This document shows positions 53,459 through 63,072 of a stretch of 64,000 nt of DNA, in pieces. Each line of letters starts with the position of its first letter. Position 1 is the first letter of the stretch. This stretch comes from an uncultured Clostridia bacterium (GTDB lineage: Bacteria > Bacillota > Clostridia > Oscillospirales > JAAYOS01): positions 2,545 to 66,544 of the forward strand of contig CANRIN010000004.1 of the NCBI GenBank assembly GCA_947630675.1, read 5' to 3'. A model generated the notes under the pieces. That model made no database searches. It was not told the origin of the DNA and was given only the letters and a program-made list of their open reading frames with translations. The translations under genes and the position numbers were made by a program.

Positions 53459-54532
53459 TCAGTCGATGTACCCCTCCGCGCAGAGCAGCTCCGCTAGCTG
53501 CACCGCGCCTCCGGCGGCGCCGAGGAGGGTGTTGTGCGAAAGCGAAACGAACTTGTAGTCGTACTGCGTATCCTCGCGCAGACGTCCGACCGACACCGCC
53601 ATACCGCCCTCGAGCTCACGGTCGAGGCGGGTCTGCGGACGATCGGGCTCCTCAAAGTAGTGGATGAACTGCTTAGGGGCGCTCGGAAGCGCGAGCGACT
53701 GCGGCCGTGCGCGGTAGCCCGCCCACGCCGCTTTTATCTCCTCAACGGAGGGCTTCTCCTCAAAGGAGACGAACACCGCCGCGAGGTGACCGTCCGTCAC
53801 AGGCACGCGAATACACTGCGTGGTGATGGACGGAGTCTCTGCGTTCACTATCACGCCGTTTTCGATGCGGCCCCATATCTTCAGAGGCTCGAGCTCGCTC
53901 TTCTCCTCCTCGCCGCCTATGTAGGGGATGACGTTGTCTATCATCTCCGGCCAGGTCTCGAAGTTCTTGCCCGCGCCGCTTATCGCCTGATATGTGCAGG
54001 CGAGCACCTTTGTGGGACGGTATTTCAGCAGCGGATGGAGCGCCGGAACGTAGGACTGTATCGAGCAGTTCGACTTTACGGCTATCAGTCCGCGCTTTAT
54101 CCCGAGGCGCTTGCGGAAGCTGTCTATCACCTGAATGTGCTCCGGGTTTATCATGGCGACGACCATCGGGACATCCGGATCTCCGCGGTGCGCGGAGTTG
54201 TTGGATATAACCGGACACTCGCGCTTCGCGTACTCGAGCTCGAGCGCGTATATCTCCTGCTTCGTCATGTTGACGGCGGAGAAGACGAAGTCGACCTCGC
54301 CCGCTATCCTGTCCATATCCGCCGTCGCGTCGAGAACGGTCATGTTCGCCGCGCTCTCCGGCATCGGCTCGCTCATCATCCAATGCGCCGCGTCGCGGTA
54401 GAGCTTGCCCGCCGAGCGGGGAGAGGCGGCGAGCGCCGCAAGCTCGAACCACGGGTGCTTGCTCACGAGTGTCACGAACCGCTGCCCGACCATCCCGGTC
54501 GCACCGATGATGCCGACCCTGTACTTTTTCAT
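53459..54532 (-). CDS. asd: Aspartate-semialdehyde dehydrogenase
   Basis: GIIGATGMVGQRF, active-site Cys context SNCSIQ, and SHNTLLGAAGGAV. Confidence 0.93.
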   Translation of the reverse strand: MKKYRVGIIGATGMVGQRFVTLVSKHPWFELAALAASPRSAGKLYRDAAHWMMSEPMPESAANMTVLDATADMDRIAGEVDFVFSAVNMTKQEIYALELEYAKRECPVISNNSAHRGDPDVPMVVAMINPEHIQVIDSFRKRLGIKRGLIAVKSNCSIQSYVPALHPLLKYRPTKVLACTYQAISGAGKNFETWPEMIDNVIPYIGGEEEKSELEPLKIWGRIENGVIVNAETPSITTQCIRVPVTDGHLAAVFVSFEEKPSVEEIKAAWAGYRARPQSLALPSAPKQFIHYFEEPDRPQTRLDRELEGGMAVSVGRLREDTQYDYKFVSLSHNTLLGAAGGAVQLAELLCAEGYID

Positions 54533-54581
54533 ATTGATCTCCTCCGAATTTCTGCCATCTGCTAAGTTCTCAAAAAGCCGG

Positions 54582-54609
54582 TTGAAAAACCGACAAAATC
54601 TGCTATAAT
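54582..54609 (+). promoter_or_regulatory. sigma-A type promoter for the SpoIID/LytB-domain gene
   Basis: TTGAAA (54582-54587), 16-nt spacer, TGcTATAAT (-10 hexamer at 54604-54609). Confidence 0.45.
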
Positions 54610-54660
54610 TAGAGAGGTGCTTCGTTTACATAATATGCGGGAATTCTCCCGCCGGCTATC

Positions 54661-54689
54661 ATTGTAGCACAGCATGTACTTTTTGTCAA
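54661..54689 (-). promoter_or_regulatory. sigma-A type promoter for asd-dapA-dapB
   Basis: Minus-strand TTGACA (54684-54689), 17-nt spacer, TACAAT (54661-54666). This gives a leader of about 120 nt. Confidence 0.55.
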
Positions 54690-54714
54690 CGCAAACCCCG
54701 TTTGGAGGAACAAA

Positions 54715-56526
54715 ATGAAACGAATTACTGCTTTCCTACTCGCGCTTTCACTGCTTCTCGGCGGAGCGGCCTACGCCGCGGGCGAAGGAACGGACTTTAT
54801 CCCCGCCACAGGAGAGGATCCGTCGGCCAACCCACCCGCTCCCGTCACCTCCGAGGCTACTCCGACCCCGGCTCCGGCGCAGCCTGCGTCCTACGTCTCC
54901 GCTGCCGTGGACCCGGCCTCCGTAACATACCCCATAGAGTGCGAGCCGGAGGAGTACGTCGTCCGCGCCGGACTGTTCTACGGCTCGACGGCGCTGGCAT
55001 CCGCAAACCTCCAGAACTTTGACGGATCGGGGTATATGTTCGGCTGGTACGACAAGAACGGTATGTTCACTGCTGTCGGATACACCGCTCAGGAGAGGAT
55101 AACGACCTTCTCCGACCGCAACATGTACGTCAAGGACAGCACTTATTACGATTCGATGGGACCGTCCGGTGCGACGTCGATAGGCGCATACCATGTCCAG
55201 ACGCCGGACTCCTACCCGACATACCAGGCGGCGCTTGCCGCCGCCGGCACATATGCATCCGCGTTCCCGGCATACATAAACGGTGAGTGGCGCGTCCGCG
55301 TCGGCTCCTATCGCTCTTCCGGCGCAGCAAGCGAGGCGGCGGCTTCGCTCGGCGTGGCGAACGGCACGGTCGTCGGCGCGTCCAATACCTGCTACACGGT
55401 ATCGGTCACACCCACCGGGACCATCATATTCGAGTTTGACAACGGCGGCGACCGCTTTGGGATACGTCCGATAGGCGCGGAGGAGCCGGTCACCTGGCAC
55501 AAGGGCTACAAGTGGTCGGGCGGCTTCGAGTACAAGCGGAACTCCTCAGGCTCGCTCGTCGTTATAAACGTCGTCGAAATAGGCGACTATACCAAGGGAG
55601 TTATCCCATACGAGATAGGCACCAACTGGACCGAGGAGGGCACGAAGGTCGGCGCGGTCTGCGCCTCCAGCTACGCCGTGTTCAACAAGAACCGCCACAG
55701 CACCTACGGCTTCGACGTCTGCAACACCGACCACTGCCAGGTCTATCAGGGTCTGAACCGCGCCACTGCACAGACGAACGCCTACTGTGACGCCGTCGCC
55801 GATCTCGCTATGTTCTACGACGGGAAGATATGCGACACCGTCTACCACTCCACGAACGGAGGCTACACGGAGGATGCGGTGAATGTCTGGGGCGTGGACT
55901 ACCCGTATCTCAAAGCGGTGCCCGACACCTACGAGGACCTCGACCGCGCCCAGTACGGGCGCTGGAGCTACACCTACACCGGCGAGGAGATAGCGTGGGT
56001 GCTCAATCAGAAAAACTATTCGATAGGCACAGTCACGCAGGCGTGGGTCGAGAAGTTCACCCCCGCAGGAAACGTGTACACCGTGAGCTTTATGGACGCG
56101 AGCGGGAAAAAACTGAGCTTTTCCAAGGAGCAGGCGCGCACCATCCTCACAAGCAGCACCCTCGGCAAGGGCACAAGGAGCCAGCGCTACACCATCTCCA
56201 CCGGGACGGTCGAGATAGCCGCAGGGGAGAGCGGGACCCCGGTGTCCGCCTCCACTGCGCAGGTCATAGGTAAAGACGGCGTCGTCTCCGGTCTCCGCAA
56301 TCCGGGAGAGGTGTACGTCGTGACGGCGACCGGCAAAGATGTGCTCCGCTCCACGTCCTCCTCCGGCGTGTTCGTCGTGAGCGGGACCGGGTGGGGCCAC
56401 AACGTCGGCCTCAGCCAGTGGGGAAGCCGAGGCCGCGCGGAGGCGGGCTGGGACTATGTCTCCATACTCGAATACTACTACACCGGCGCTAAGGTGATGA
56501 ATATTCAAGAGGTACTTGGCGGATGA
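54715..56526 (+). CDS. SpoIID/LytB-domain protein with an N-terminal SPOR-like module
   Basis: 603 aa with a signal peptide. SPOR-like segment (..[22 protein letters not shown]..). SpoIID domain motifs ([48 protein letters not shown]). Confidence 0.85.
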   Translation: MKRITAFLLALSLLLGGAAYAAGEGTDFIPATGEDPSANPPAPVTSEATPTPAPAQPASYVSAAVDPASVTYPIECEPEEYVVRAGLFYGSTALASANLQNFDGSGYMFGWYDKNGMFTAVGYTAQERITTFSDRNMYVKDSTYYDSMGPSGATSIGAYHVQTPDSYPTYQAALAAAGTYASAFPAYINGEWRVRVGSYRSSGAASEAAASLGVANGTVVGASNTCYTVSVTPTGTIIFEFDNGGDRFGIRPIGAEEPVTWHKGYKWSGGFEYKRNSSGSLVVINVVEIGDYTKGVIPYEIGTNWTEEGTKVGAVCASSYAVFNKNRHSTYGFDVCNTDHCQVYQGLNRATAQTNAYCDAVADLAMFYDGKICDTVYHSTNGGYTEDAVNVWGVDYPYLKAVPDTYEDLDRAQYGRWSYTYTGEEIAWVLNQKNYSIGTVTQAWVEKFTPAGNVYTVSFMDASGKKLSFSKEQARTILTSSTLGKGTRSQRYTISTGTVEIAAGESGTPVSASTAQVIGKDGVVSGLRNPGEVYVVTATGKDVLRSTSSSGVFVVSGTGWGHNVGLSQWGSRGRAEAGWDYVSILEYYYTGAKVMNIQEVLGG

Positions 56527-57542
56527 AAAAAAGCGACTTCTGGTATGAGCTCCCCGAGGAGCTGATAGCGCAGACGCCGTCCCCCGAACGGGACGGCTCG
56601 TCTCTTATGCTCCTTGACAAGTCGACGGGAGAGTACTCCTTTCATGTTTTCCGCGAGATAGCGGACTTTCTGCACGAAGGCGATCTTCTCGTCATGAACG
56701 ACTCGCGCGTCCTCCCCGCGCGTCTTATCGGCGCGCGGAGCGGCGGTGGAGCGGCGGAGGTCCTGCTGCTCCGCGAGCGTGAGGGAGGTCTGTGGGAATG
56801 CCTCGTCCGGCCCGGACGGAAGCTCCGGCCCGGCGCGCGTGTCACCTTCGGCGACGAGCTCGCATGTGAGATAGTGTCCGTCGAGGAGGGGGGGAACCGC
56901 CTCGTTCGGTTCGAGTACGACGGTATCTTTCTCGAGATACTCGAGCGCCTAGGACGTATGCCGCTCCCGCCGTACATCAAGGAGACCCTTGACGACCCGG
57001 AGCGCTATCAGACGGTATATTCAAAACATCTCGGCTCCGCGGCCGCGCCGACGGCGGGGCTTCACTTCACCGAGGAGCTGCTTCAGCGCATACGGGAAAA
57101 GGGCGTAGAGGAAAAATTCGTGACGCTGCACGTTGGGCTCGGGACCTTCCGTCCGGTGAGCGAGGACGAGATAGAAGATCACCCGATGCACTCTGAGTTC
57201 TGCATCCTTCCGGAGGACACTGCCGAGGCCGTGAGCCGCGCGAAGCGGGAGGGACGGCGGGTGATCTCCGTCGGGACGACGTCCTGCCGCGTGCTCGAGA
57301 CCTTTGCGCGGGAGGACGGGACGATGGAGCCGGGCTCGCGCTGGACGGATATTTTCATCTATCCCGGATACAGGTTCAAGGCTGTCGACGCGCTCATAAC
57401 AAACTTTCACCTACCGGAGAGCACACTTATTATGCTCGTCTCGGCGCTTGCGGGAAGGGAACACATCCTCGAGGCGTACAAAGCTGCGGTAGAACATAGA
57501 ATGAGGTTCTTCTCGTTCGGGGATGCGATGTTCATTCATTGA
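56523..57542 (+). CDS. queA: tRNA preQ1(34) S-adenosylmethionine ribosyltransferase-isomerase
   Basis: [35 protein letters not shown], and [12 protein letters not shown]. Confidence 0.95.
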   Translation: MKKSDFWYELPEELIAQTPSPERDGSSLMLLDKSTGEYSFHVFREIADFLHEGDLLVMNDSRVLPARLIGARSGGGAAEVLLLREREGGLWECLVRPGRKLRPGARVTFGDELACEIVSVEEGGNRLVRFEYDGIFLEILERLGRMPLPPYIKETLDDPERYQTVYSKHLGSAAAPTAGLHFTEELLQRIREKGVEEKFVTLHVGLGTFRPVSEDEIEDHPMHSEFCILPEDTAEAVSRAKREGRRVISVGTTSCRVLETFAREDGTMEPGSRWTDIFIYPGYRFKAVDALITNFHLPESTLIMLVSALAGREHILEAYKAAVEHRMRFFSFGDAMFIH

Positions 57543-57565
57543 ATTTCAGGAAAGGCGGATATAGT

Positions 57566-59752
57566 ATGCCGATAAAAGCAAACAAGAACGCAAACACGAT
57601 ACGCATACTCACAAACAACACCGAGTACCAGATAAAGGTCGACAAATTCGGCATACTCAAGCACGTCTGGTACGGCCGGCCGGTCTGGGACGACATGGAC
57701 CATCTCCTCGACTATCCCGGCATCGGCTTTGCGGGAAACATACACGAGTCGGGCGACCGGCGCGAATACTCGCCGGATACGCTCCCGCAGGAGTACGGGT
57801 GCAGCGGCGGCGCGGACTACCGTGTGCCGTCGATAAGCGTCGTATTTCCGGACGGCTCGCGCACGGTAGACCTCCGCTACATCGGCTACACGATAGAGAA
57901 GGGGAAGTACTCCATACCCGGCCTTCCCGCGGTCTACGCCTCGGAGGACGACGCAGAGACGCTTGAGATATACCTTCAGGACACCGCAAGCGAGCTCGTG
58001 GTGCGCCTCCGCTACGGCGTCCTGCCGCAGTACGACGTTATAACGAGGAGCGCCGTTATCTCCAACAAGGGAAGCGCGCCTGTCCGCTTGGAGAACGCCA
58101 TGAGCTTCTGCCTCGATATTCCGTTCGGCGACTGGGACAGGATGACCTTTGTCGGCCGTCACGCCATGGAGCGCGTGCCCGACCGTCAGCCGGTCGACCC
58201 CGGGATACACGAGAGCTCGAGCGCGAGGGGAGCGTCGAGCCACCAGCAGAACCCGTCGGTCATACTCTGCTCGAAGGACTGCACAGAGACGGCGGGCGAG
58301 TGCTACGGAGCGGCGCTCGTGTACAGCGGGAGCTTCAAGACGCAGATAGAGCGCGACCAACTCGGCGGAACGCGCCTCGTCATGGGAATAAATCCCGACC
58401 TCTTCAGCTGGGAGCTCGGGGCGGGGGAGGACTTCTACACCCCCGAGGCGATAATCACATACAGCGGCGAGGGATTTGACCGCCTCTCGCAGAATTTCCA
58501 CAGTGTCATACGCAACAACGTCTGCCGCGGAAAGTACAAGCTCGCGCCGCGCCCCGTACTCATAAACAACTGGGAGGCGACATACTTCAACTTCGATGAG
58601 GAGAAGCTTGCCGCGATAGCTAAGCAGGCGTCCGAGCTCGGCGTCGACCTCTTCGTGATGGACGACGGCTGGTTCGGAAAGCGCGACGGGGACACCTCCG
58701 GTCTCGGCGACTGGAAGGTAAACGAAAACAAGCTCAAGGGCGGTCTCAAGCCGCTTGTCGACAGGGTAAAGAGCTGCGGGATGAAGTTCGGTATCTGGTT
58801 TGAGCCGGAGATGGTGAGCGAGGACAGCGACCTCTTCCGTGCGCATCCAGACTGGGCGATAGCCGTTCCGGGACGTGCGCCGGTGCTGAGCCGCAGCCAG
58901 CTCCTGCTCGACCTCACGCGGGCGGACGTCCGCGAATACCTCTACGGCGCGATAAGCGGTATACTTTCGAGCGCCGACATATCCTATGTGAAGTGGGACT
59001 TCAATCGAAGCATGTGCGACTGGTATTCCCACGAAATTCCGAAAGAGCGTATGGGCGAGATGCCGCACCGCTACATGCTCGGCCTCTACGAGCTCCTGGA
59101 GCGGCTCACGCACGACTTCCCGGACGTGTTGTTCGAGGGATGCAGCGGCGGTGGAGGACGGTTCGACGCCGGCATGCTCTACTACACGCCGCAGATATGG
59201 TGCAGCGATGACACCGACGCCTACGAGCGCACGAAAATACAGTACGGCACGAGCTTTATATATCCCGTCTCCGCAGTCGGTTCGCACGTCTCCGCCGTCC
59301 CGAACCATCAGACCGGCCGTGTGACGCCGCTCGAGGCGCGGGCCGTCACCGCCATGGCGGGGAGCTTCGGCTATGAGCTCGACCTCGGAAAGCTCTCGGA
59401 CAAGGAAAAGGCCGCCGTGAAGGAGCAGATAACACGCTTCAGAAAGTACGACGACCTTATCCATAACGGCAGCTATCACCGCATCTCCGACCCGACGGCG
59501 GACAGGTTCGCCGCGTGGGAATATGTGTCGTTTGACAGGACCGAGGCGCTTGTCCACGGCATGGTCTTCCGCACCGAGCCGAGCGCGATGCGCTATCGGA
59601 TACGTCTCCGCGGCCTCGACCCGGAAAAGCTCTACCGCTTCGACACCGACGGAAAGATATACTCCGGAACTGCGCTGATGAACGGCGGTATACTTCTTCC
59701 GCGCACATGGGGCGACTACGCGCCGTTCGAGCTGCACTTCACAGAGTTCTAA
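57566..59752 (+). CDS. Alpha-galactosidase, glycoside hydrolase family 36
   Basis: The start is trimmed to ATG 57566. NNWEATYFNF, FVMDDGWFGKRD, YVKWDFNR, and CSGGGGRFD are GH36 (AgaA/MelA-type) signatures. Confidence 0.9.
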   Translation: MPIKANKNANTIRILTNNTEYQIKVDKFGILKHVWYGRPVWDDMDHLLDYPGIGFAGNIHESGDRREYSPDTLPQEYGCSGGADYRVPSISVVFPDGSRTVDLRYIGYTIEKGKYSIPGLPAVYASEDDAETLEIYLQDTASELVVRLRYGVLPQYDVITRSAVISNKGSAPVRLENAMSFCLDIPFGDWDRMTFVGRHAMERVPDRQPVDPGIHESSSARGASSHQQNPSVILCSKDCTETAGECYGAALVYSGSFKTQIERDQLGGTRLVMGINPDLFSWELGAGEDFYTPEAIITYSGEGFDRLSQNFHSVIRNNVCRGKYKLAPRPVLINNWEATYFNFDEEKLAAIAKQASELGVDLFVMDDGWFGKRDGDTSGLGDWKVNENKLKGGLKPLVDRVKSCGMKFGIWFEPEMVSEDSDLFRAHPDWAIAVPGRAPVLSRSQLLLDLTRADVREYLYGAISGILSSADISYVKWDFNRSMCDWYSHEIPKERMGEMPHRYMLGLYELLERLTHDFPDVLFEGCSGGGGRFDAGMLYYTPQIWCSDDTDAYERTKIQYGTSFIYPVSAVGSHVSAVPNHQTGRVTPLEARAVTAMAGSFGYELDLGKLSDKEKAAVKEQITRFRKYDDLIHNGSYHRISDPTADRFAAWEYVSFDRTEALVHGMVFRTEPSAMRYRIRLRGLDPEKLYRFDTDGKIYSGTALMNGGILLPRTWGDYAPFELHFTEF

Positions 59753-59753
59753 A

Positions 59754-60350
59754 CGTCGGCGCGAAATGTGCTCGGGCAATGAATTGCCCTGCGCACCCTT
59801 TCGCGCCGAGACTTTCACTTGAAATTGCGCAGGCGCAATTTCAAGTGAAGCTGTCGGATAGGGCGAAGCCCTACCGACAGCAACGCTTCGCTACGCGCCG
59901 AGTTTTTTGCCTCTGGCAAAAAATCGACGCAATTCCCACGCGGTCGGTGACCGCGTGGGAGCCCTTCCGATTGAAATGCTCGGGGCGAATGAATCGCCCC
60001 TGCGCAAAGTTGCTTGCCTGTGGCAAGCAACTTTAACCGCGCGAACAGGCGCGGACGCCGCCTTTGGCGGCGTAGAAAGTCGGACGCGGTATGGGGTGGC
60101 AGGCGCATTGTACACGCCGCCTAAATCTACCGATTGGAATCTATTTCGCGCCTAACGTCGCCCTCCGGCTCATAAAATGTAGGGCATTCGGCGCTTCGCG
60201 CCGAATGCTGATGCGTCCGGTAGCAAAGTTCTTGGGCATAAATAAGTCGCAGGGTGCATTCTCCGCGAGGCGTTTGTTGAACAAGATCAAAATGTCGGGC
60301 GCAGTTCTGCGCCCGACATTTCCATGCAAATCTCGCAATATTCAATGAAA
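59754..60350 (-). repeat. Hairpin-rich non-coding modular repeat, copy B (inverted relative to copy A)
   Basis: About 600 bp without a credible ORF. Its reverse complement is colinear with 51160-51594. It carries extra inserted hairpin modules, for example at ~59811-59925 and ~60100-60195. Confidence 0.75.
60286..60320 (-). terminator. Terminator hairpin 3' of the MBL-fold hydrolase gene
   Basis: AATGTCGGGCGCAG (60291-60304) pairs with TGCGCCCGACATT (60308-60320), with a T-run on the minus strand (rc of 60286-60291). Confidence 0.6.
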
Positions 60351-60390
60351 TTAATTTCGGTATAGTTTACCTCGTAAACTCGGCACGCAC

Positions 60391-61269
60391 CTACGCTTTC
60401 CGCCAGAGGAGAGTATTGTCCGAGATTTCCGCCGTGACGCGCCCAAGGCCCTTCATCCAGGCGAGGTAGGAGCGCACGGTGCTCCCGATGAGCGCGTGCT
60501 GCTCGAAGGTCATCGCAAGCGAAAACTCTTCAAATACCCGCTTGAGGAGCGCTTCAAAGGTAGTAGGCTCCGCAAGGAGCTTCGCTATCCGCTCCGCCGT
60601 ATCGTATGTCGCCGCGATGTTGAGGTCGGCGAGCTCGGTGATGTCCTCCGCCGCGTCCGCATGGGATGGGACGAACAGCTTTGCATTGAGCGTCTTCACC
60701 TTTTCAAGCGTCGCGAGGTATGCCCCAACGTCATAGACAAACGCTATGCCGTACTTCTCAAGCGTCTCGCGGCTCGCAAGGCAGTCCGCGAGGTAGACGA
60801 CGTCGTCCGGGGTGCGGAAGCCGACCATGTCGAGAAAGTGACCGGGCAGGGGAATGACTTCAACCCCGTCCGGCAGGACCTCCTGCGTCAACGGCTCGGC
60901 GTCGCTCGGCTCTGCGAGCAGGAACTTGCGGCGGAGCTCGTCCGGCGGGCAGCCTCCGTAAAGGAAGGACGGCTCAAGAACCGGGTGCCGTACAAAGCCG
61001 AGCTCCGCGCCCGGGGCGTATATCTTGCATCCCGTCCTGTCCTGAAGGAATTTGTTGCCGCCTATGTGGTCGGCGTGGGAGTGTGTGTTGTATATCGCGC
61101 GGAGATGCCAGCCGTTCTCATCGAGCAGGCGGCGGACCTTGCGGCCGGCGTCCTTGTCGCCGCCGCTGTCTATAAGGCAGACATCGCCGCCGTCAAGCCG
61201 CACGAGCCCTATCTTGGCGGGACATTGAAGATAATAGCTGCTGCCTGAGGCAAGTGTCAGTTCGTACAT
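60391..61269 (-). CDS. MBL-fold metallo-hydrolase
   Basis: 292 aa. Zn-binding HxHxDH motif (THSHADHIGG) and downstream His/Asp ligands. Confidence 0.8.
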   Translation of the reverse strand: MYELTLASGSSYYLQCPAKIGLVRLDGGDVCLIDSGGDKDAGRKVRRLLDENGWHLRAIYNTHSHADHIGGNKFLQDRTGCKIYAPGAELGFVRHPVLEPSFLYGGCPPDELRRKFLLAEPSDAEPLTQEVLPDGVEVIPLPGHFLDMVGFRTPDDVVYLADCLASRETLEKYGIAFVYDVGAYLATLEKVKTLNAKLFVPSHADAAEDITELADLNIAATYDTAERIAKLLAEPTTFEALLKRVFEEFSLAMTFEQHALIGSTVRSYLAWMKGLGRVTAEISDNTLLWRKA

Positions 61270-61293
61270 GGCGGCTCCTTTCGCTGGAACGGC

Positions 61294-62292
61294 TCAGTCC
61301 CCGAATCTCTTGATATAGTCATCACAGAATGCGTCGATCTTCGCGTCATACGCTTCGTCGACCAACCTGTCGCCGCACAGCAGTGCTTCCACGGACATCC
61401 TCGCGCCAATGCTGAACGGCACCGTGCAGATAAACGACGGCACGAACCGCTTTATCTTCGTCGTGTCGAAGACCATGCTCTCCGCTTTGTCGCCGAGGAG
61501 ACCACCCCTGTACTCGGGGAGCTTCCGCGCGATGTAGTCGCTCGGGACGTGGAGAATATTCGGCTCCACGCCGAGTATTTCGCACTCGATCTCTATTATG
61601 CGGTCCCAGCTCAGCGCCTCGTCGGAGGTGATGTGAAACGCATGTCCCACCGCCTGCATGTTTCCCACAAGCCCGCAGAACGCCTTCGCGAAGTCGGTAT
61701 TGTGCGTCACGGTCCAGAGCGACCGCCCGTCCCCGTGGACGACCGTGGGCTTGCCCGCAAGCATCCGCGCGGCGTAGGTCCACTGTGTCTTCGCCCCGGA
61801 GAGAGGAACGAGCAGCTTGTCCCGCCCATAGGTGTGCGACGGGCGGACAACGGTGGCGGGGAAGCCGTCCTCGCGGAAGTGTCGGAAAAGCGCCTCCTCC
61901 GCGTCCGCCTTGTTCTGCGCGTAATCCCAGTACCTGTTGCCGAGGGGATTGCTCTCGGTGATGGGGTAGGAGGTTATCGGCTTTGAGTAGGCGGAGGCGC
62001 TGGAAATGAAGATGTACTGCTTGGTCCTGCCGTCGAAGAGACGGAAGTCCCGCTCGATATCGTCCGGCGTGTAGGCTATCCAATCGGCGACGGCGTCGAA
62101 AACAAGGCCGTGCAGAAGCTCCTGCACGGCCTTTTCGTCCCTGATGTCGCCAATGAGATACTTTGCGCCGAGCGCCTCATACCTGCGGTTCGAGCCGCGG
62201 TTGAGGAGAAACACCTCGTGCCCGGAGCGGAGCAGGCTTTCGGTGACGGCGGAGCTTATCAGCCCCGTCCCTCCTATGAAAAGTATCTTCAT
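61294..62292 (-). CDS. NAD-dependent epimerase/dehydratase family (extended SDR) protein
   Basis: Rossmann motif ILFIGGTGLISSAV, and YxxxK (YAQNKADAE). Confidence 0.8.
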   Translation of the reverse strand: MKILFIGGTGLISSAVTESLLRSGHEVFLLNRGSNRRYEALGAKYLIGDIRDEKAVQELLHGLVFDAVADWIAYTPDDIERDFRLFDGRTKQYIFISSASAYSKPITSYPITESNPLGNRYWDYAQNKADAEEALFRHFREDGFPATVVRPSHTYGRDKLLVPLSGAKTQWTYAARMLAGKPTVVHGDGRSLWTVTHNTDFAKAFCGLVGNMQAVGHAFHITSDEALSWDRIIEIECEILGVEPNILHVPSDYIARKLPEYRGGLLGDKAESMVFDTTKIKRFVPSFICTVPFSIGARMSVEALLCGDRLVDEAYDAKIDAFCDDYIKRFGD

Positions 62293-62301
62293 GGCAGCCG
62301 C

Positions 62302-62922
62302 TTACTTGAGTCCCGCAAGTTCGAGAGCCTTTATGATGAGGTCGACCGACGCGTCATCGTCTATAAGGCCGGTGTTGATCGTGAGGTCGTAGTTATCGAG
62401 CTCGTCCCAGGTGCGGTTGGTGTAGTAGTTATAGTAGTTGCGGCGGCTCTTGTCCATACGGCGCAGATAGTTCTCACGCTCACGGTCGGTCTTGAGCTCG
62501 GGCGAGTCCTCAACGAGGAAGGCCATGCGCTTCTCAAGCGGAGCGGTGATGAACACGCGGAGCAGATCCTTGCGCTCGCGGAGGATGAAGTCGGCGCAGC
62601 GCCCGACTATCACGCAGGGGTTCGCCGAAACCTTGCGGATGACCTCCGCCTGTATGTTGAAGAGCGTGTCGTTGGTAAGTACGTCCGAACCGCCGAAGAA
62701 CAGCGAACGCGAGTTGTAGTTGCCGGTGACTATCGAGTAGAGCAGGCTGTTGGACGGCCTTTCGTCGGCATTCTCGAAGAGCGCCTCGGTAAAACCGCTG
62801 TCGCGTGCGGCGATGGAAAGGAGCTCCTTGTCATAGAAGGGAATTCCGAGCTTCTTTGCAACATTCTGCCCTATGACGCGTCCGCCGCTTCCGTAGTACC
62901 TGTTTATCGCGATGATTGCCAT
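62302..62922 (-). CDS. Cytidylate kinase-like family protein
   Basis: IAINRYYGSGGRVIG N-terminus and overall 206-aa layout are typical of the cytidylate-kinase-like (AAA_28/Cytidylate_kin2) family. Confidence 0.7.
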   Translation of the reverse strand: MAIIAINRYYGSGGRVIGQNVAKKLGIPFYDKELLSIAARDSGFTEALFENADERPSNSLLYSIVTGNYNSRSLFFGGSDVLTNDTLFNIQAEVIRKVSANPCVIVGRCADFILRERKDLLRVFITAPLEKRMAFLVEDSPELKTDRERENYLRRMDKSRRNYYNYYTNRTWDELDNYDLTINTGLIDDDASVDLIIKALELAGLK

Positions 62923-63072
62923 GATCTGACCCCCTTCAAAGAACTGATTTTTCTATACATATTATACACCGTTGTCTGTCAATAATCAAGAGCATCCTGT
63001 GTACTTTGTCCACCTAATTTGATACCACAAGCTGTAAATTAAAATACTTCACAAGTTTGAAAGGCTGTAAAG

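Noticed and set aside
57536-59818. 760-aa ORF on the minus strand, the longest ORF in this part of the track
   Set aside because: It is exactly antisense to the GH36 alpha-galactosidase, whose family motifs are unambiguous. The translation is Arg/Ala/Val-rich with no recognisable motifs and no RBS. This is a typical shadow ORF in GC-rich DNA.
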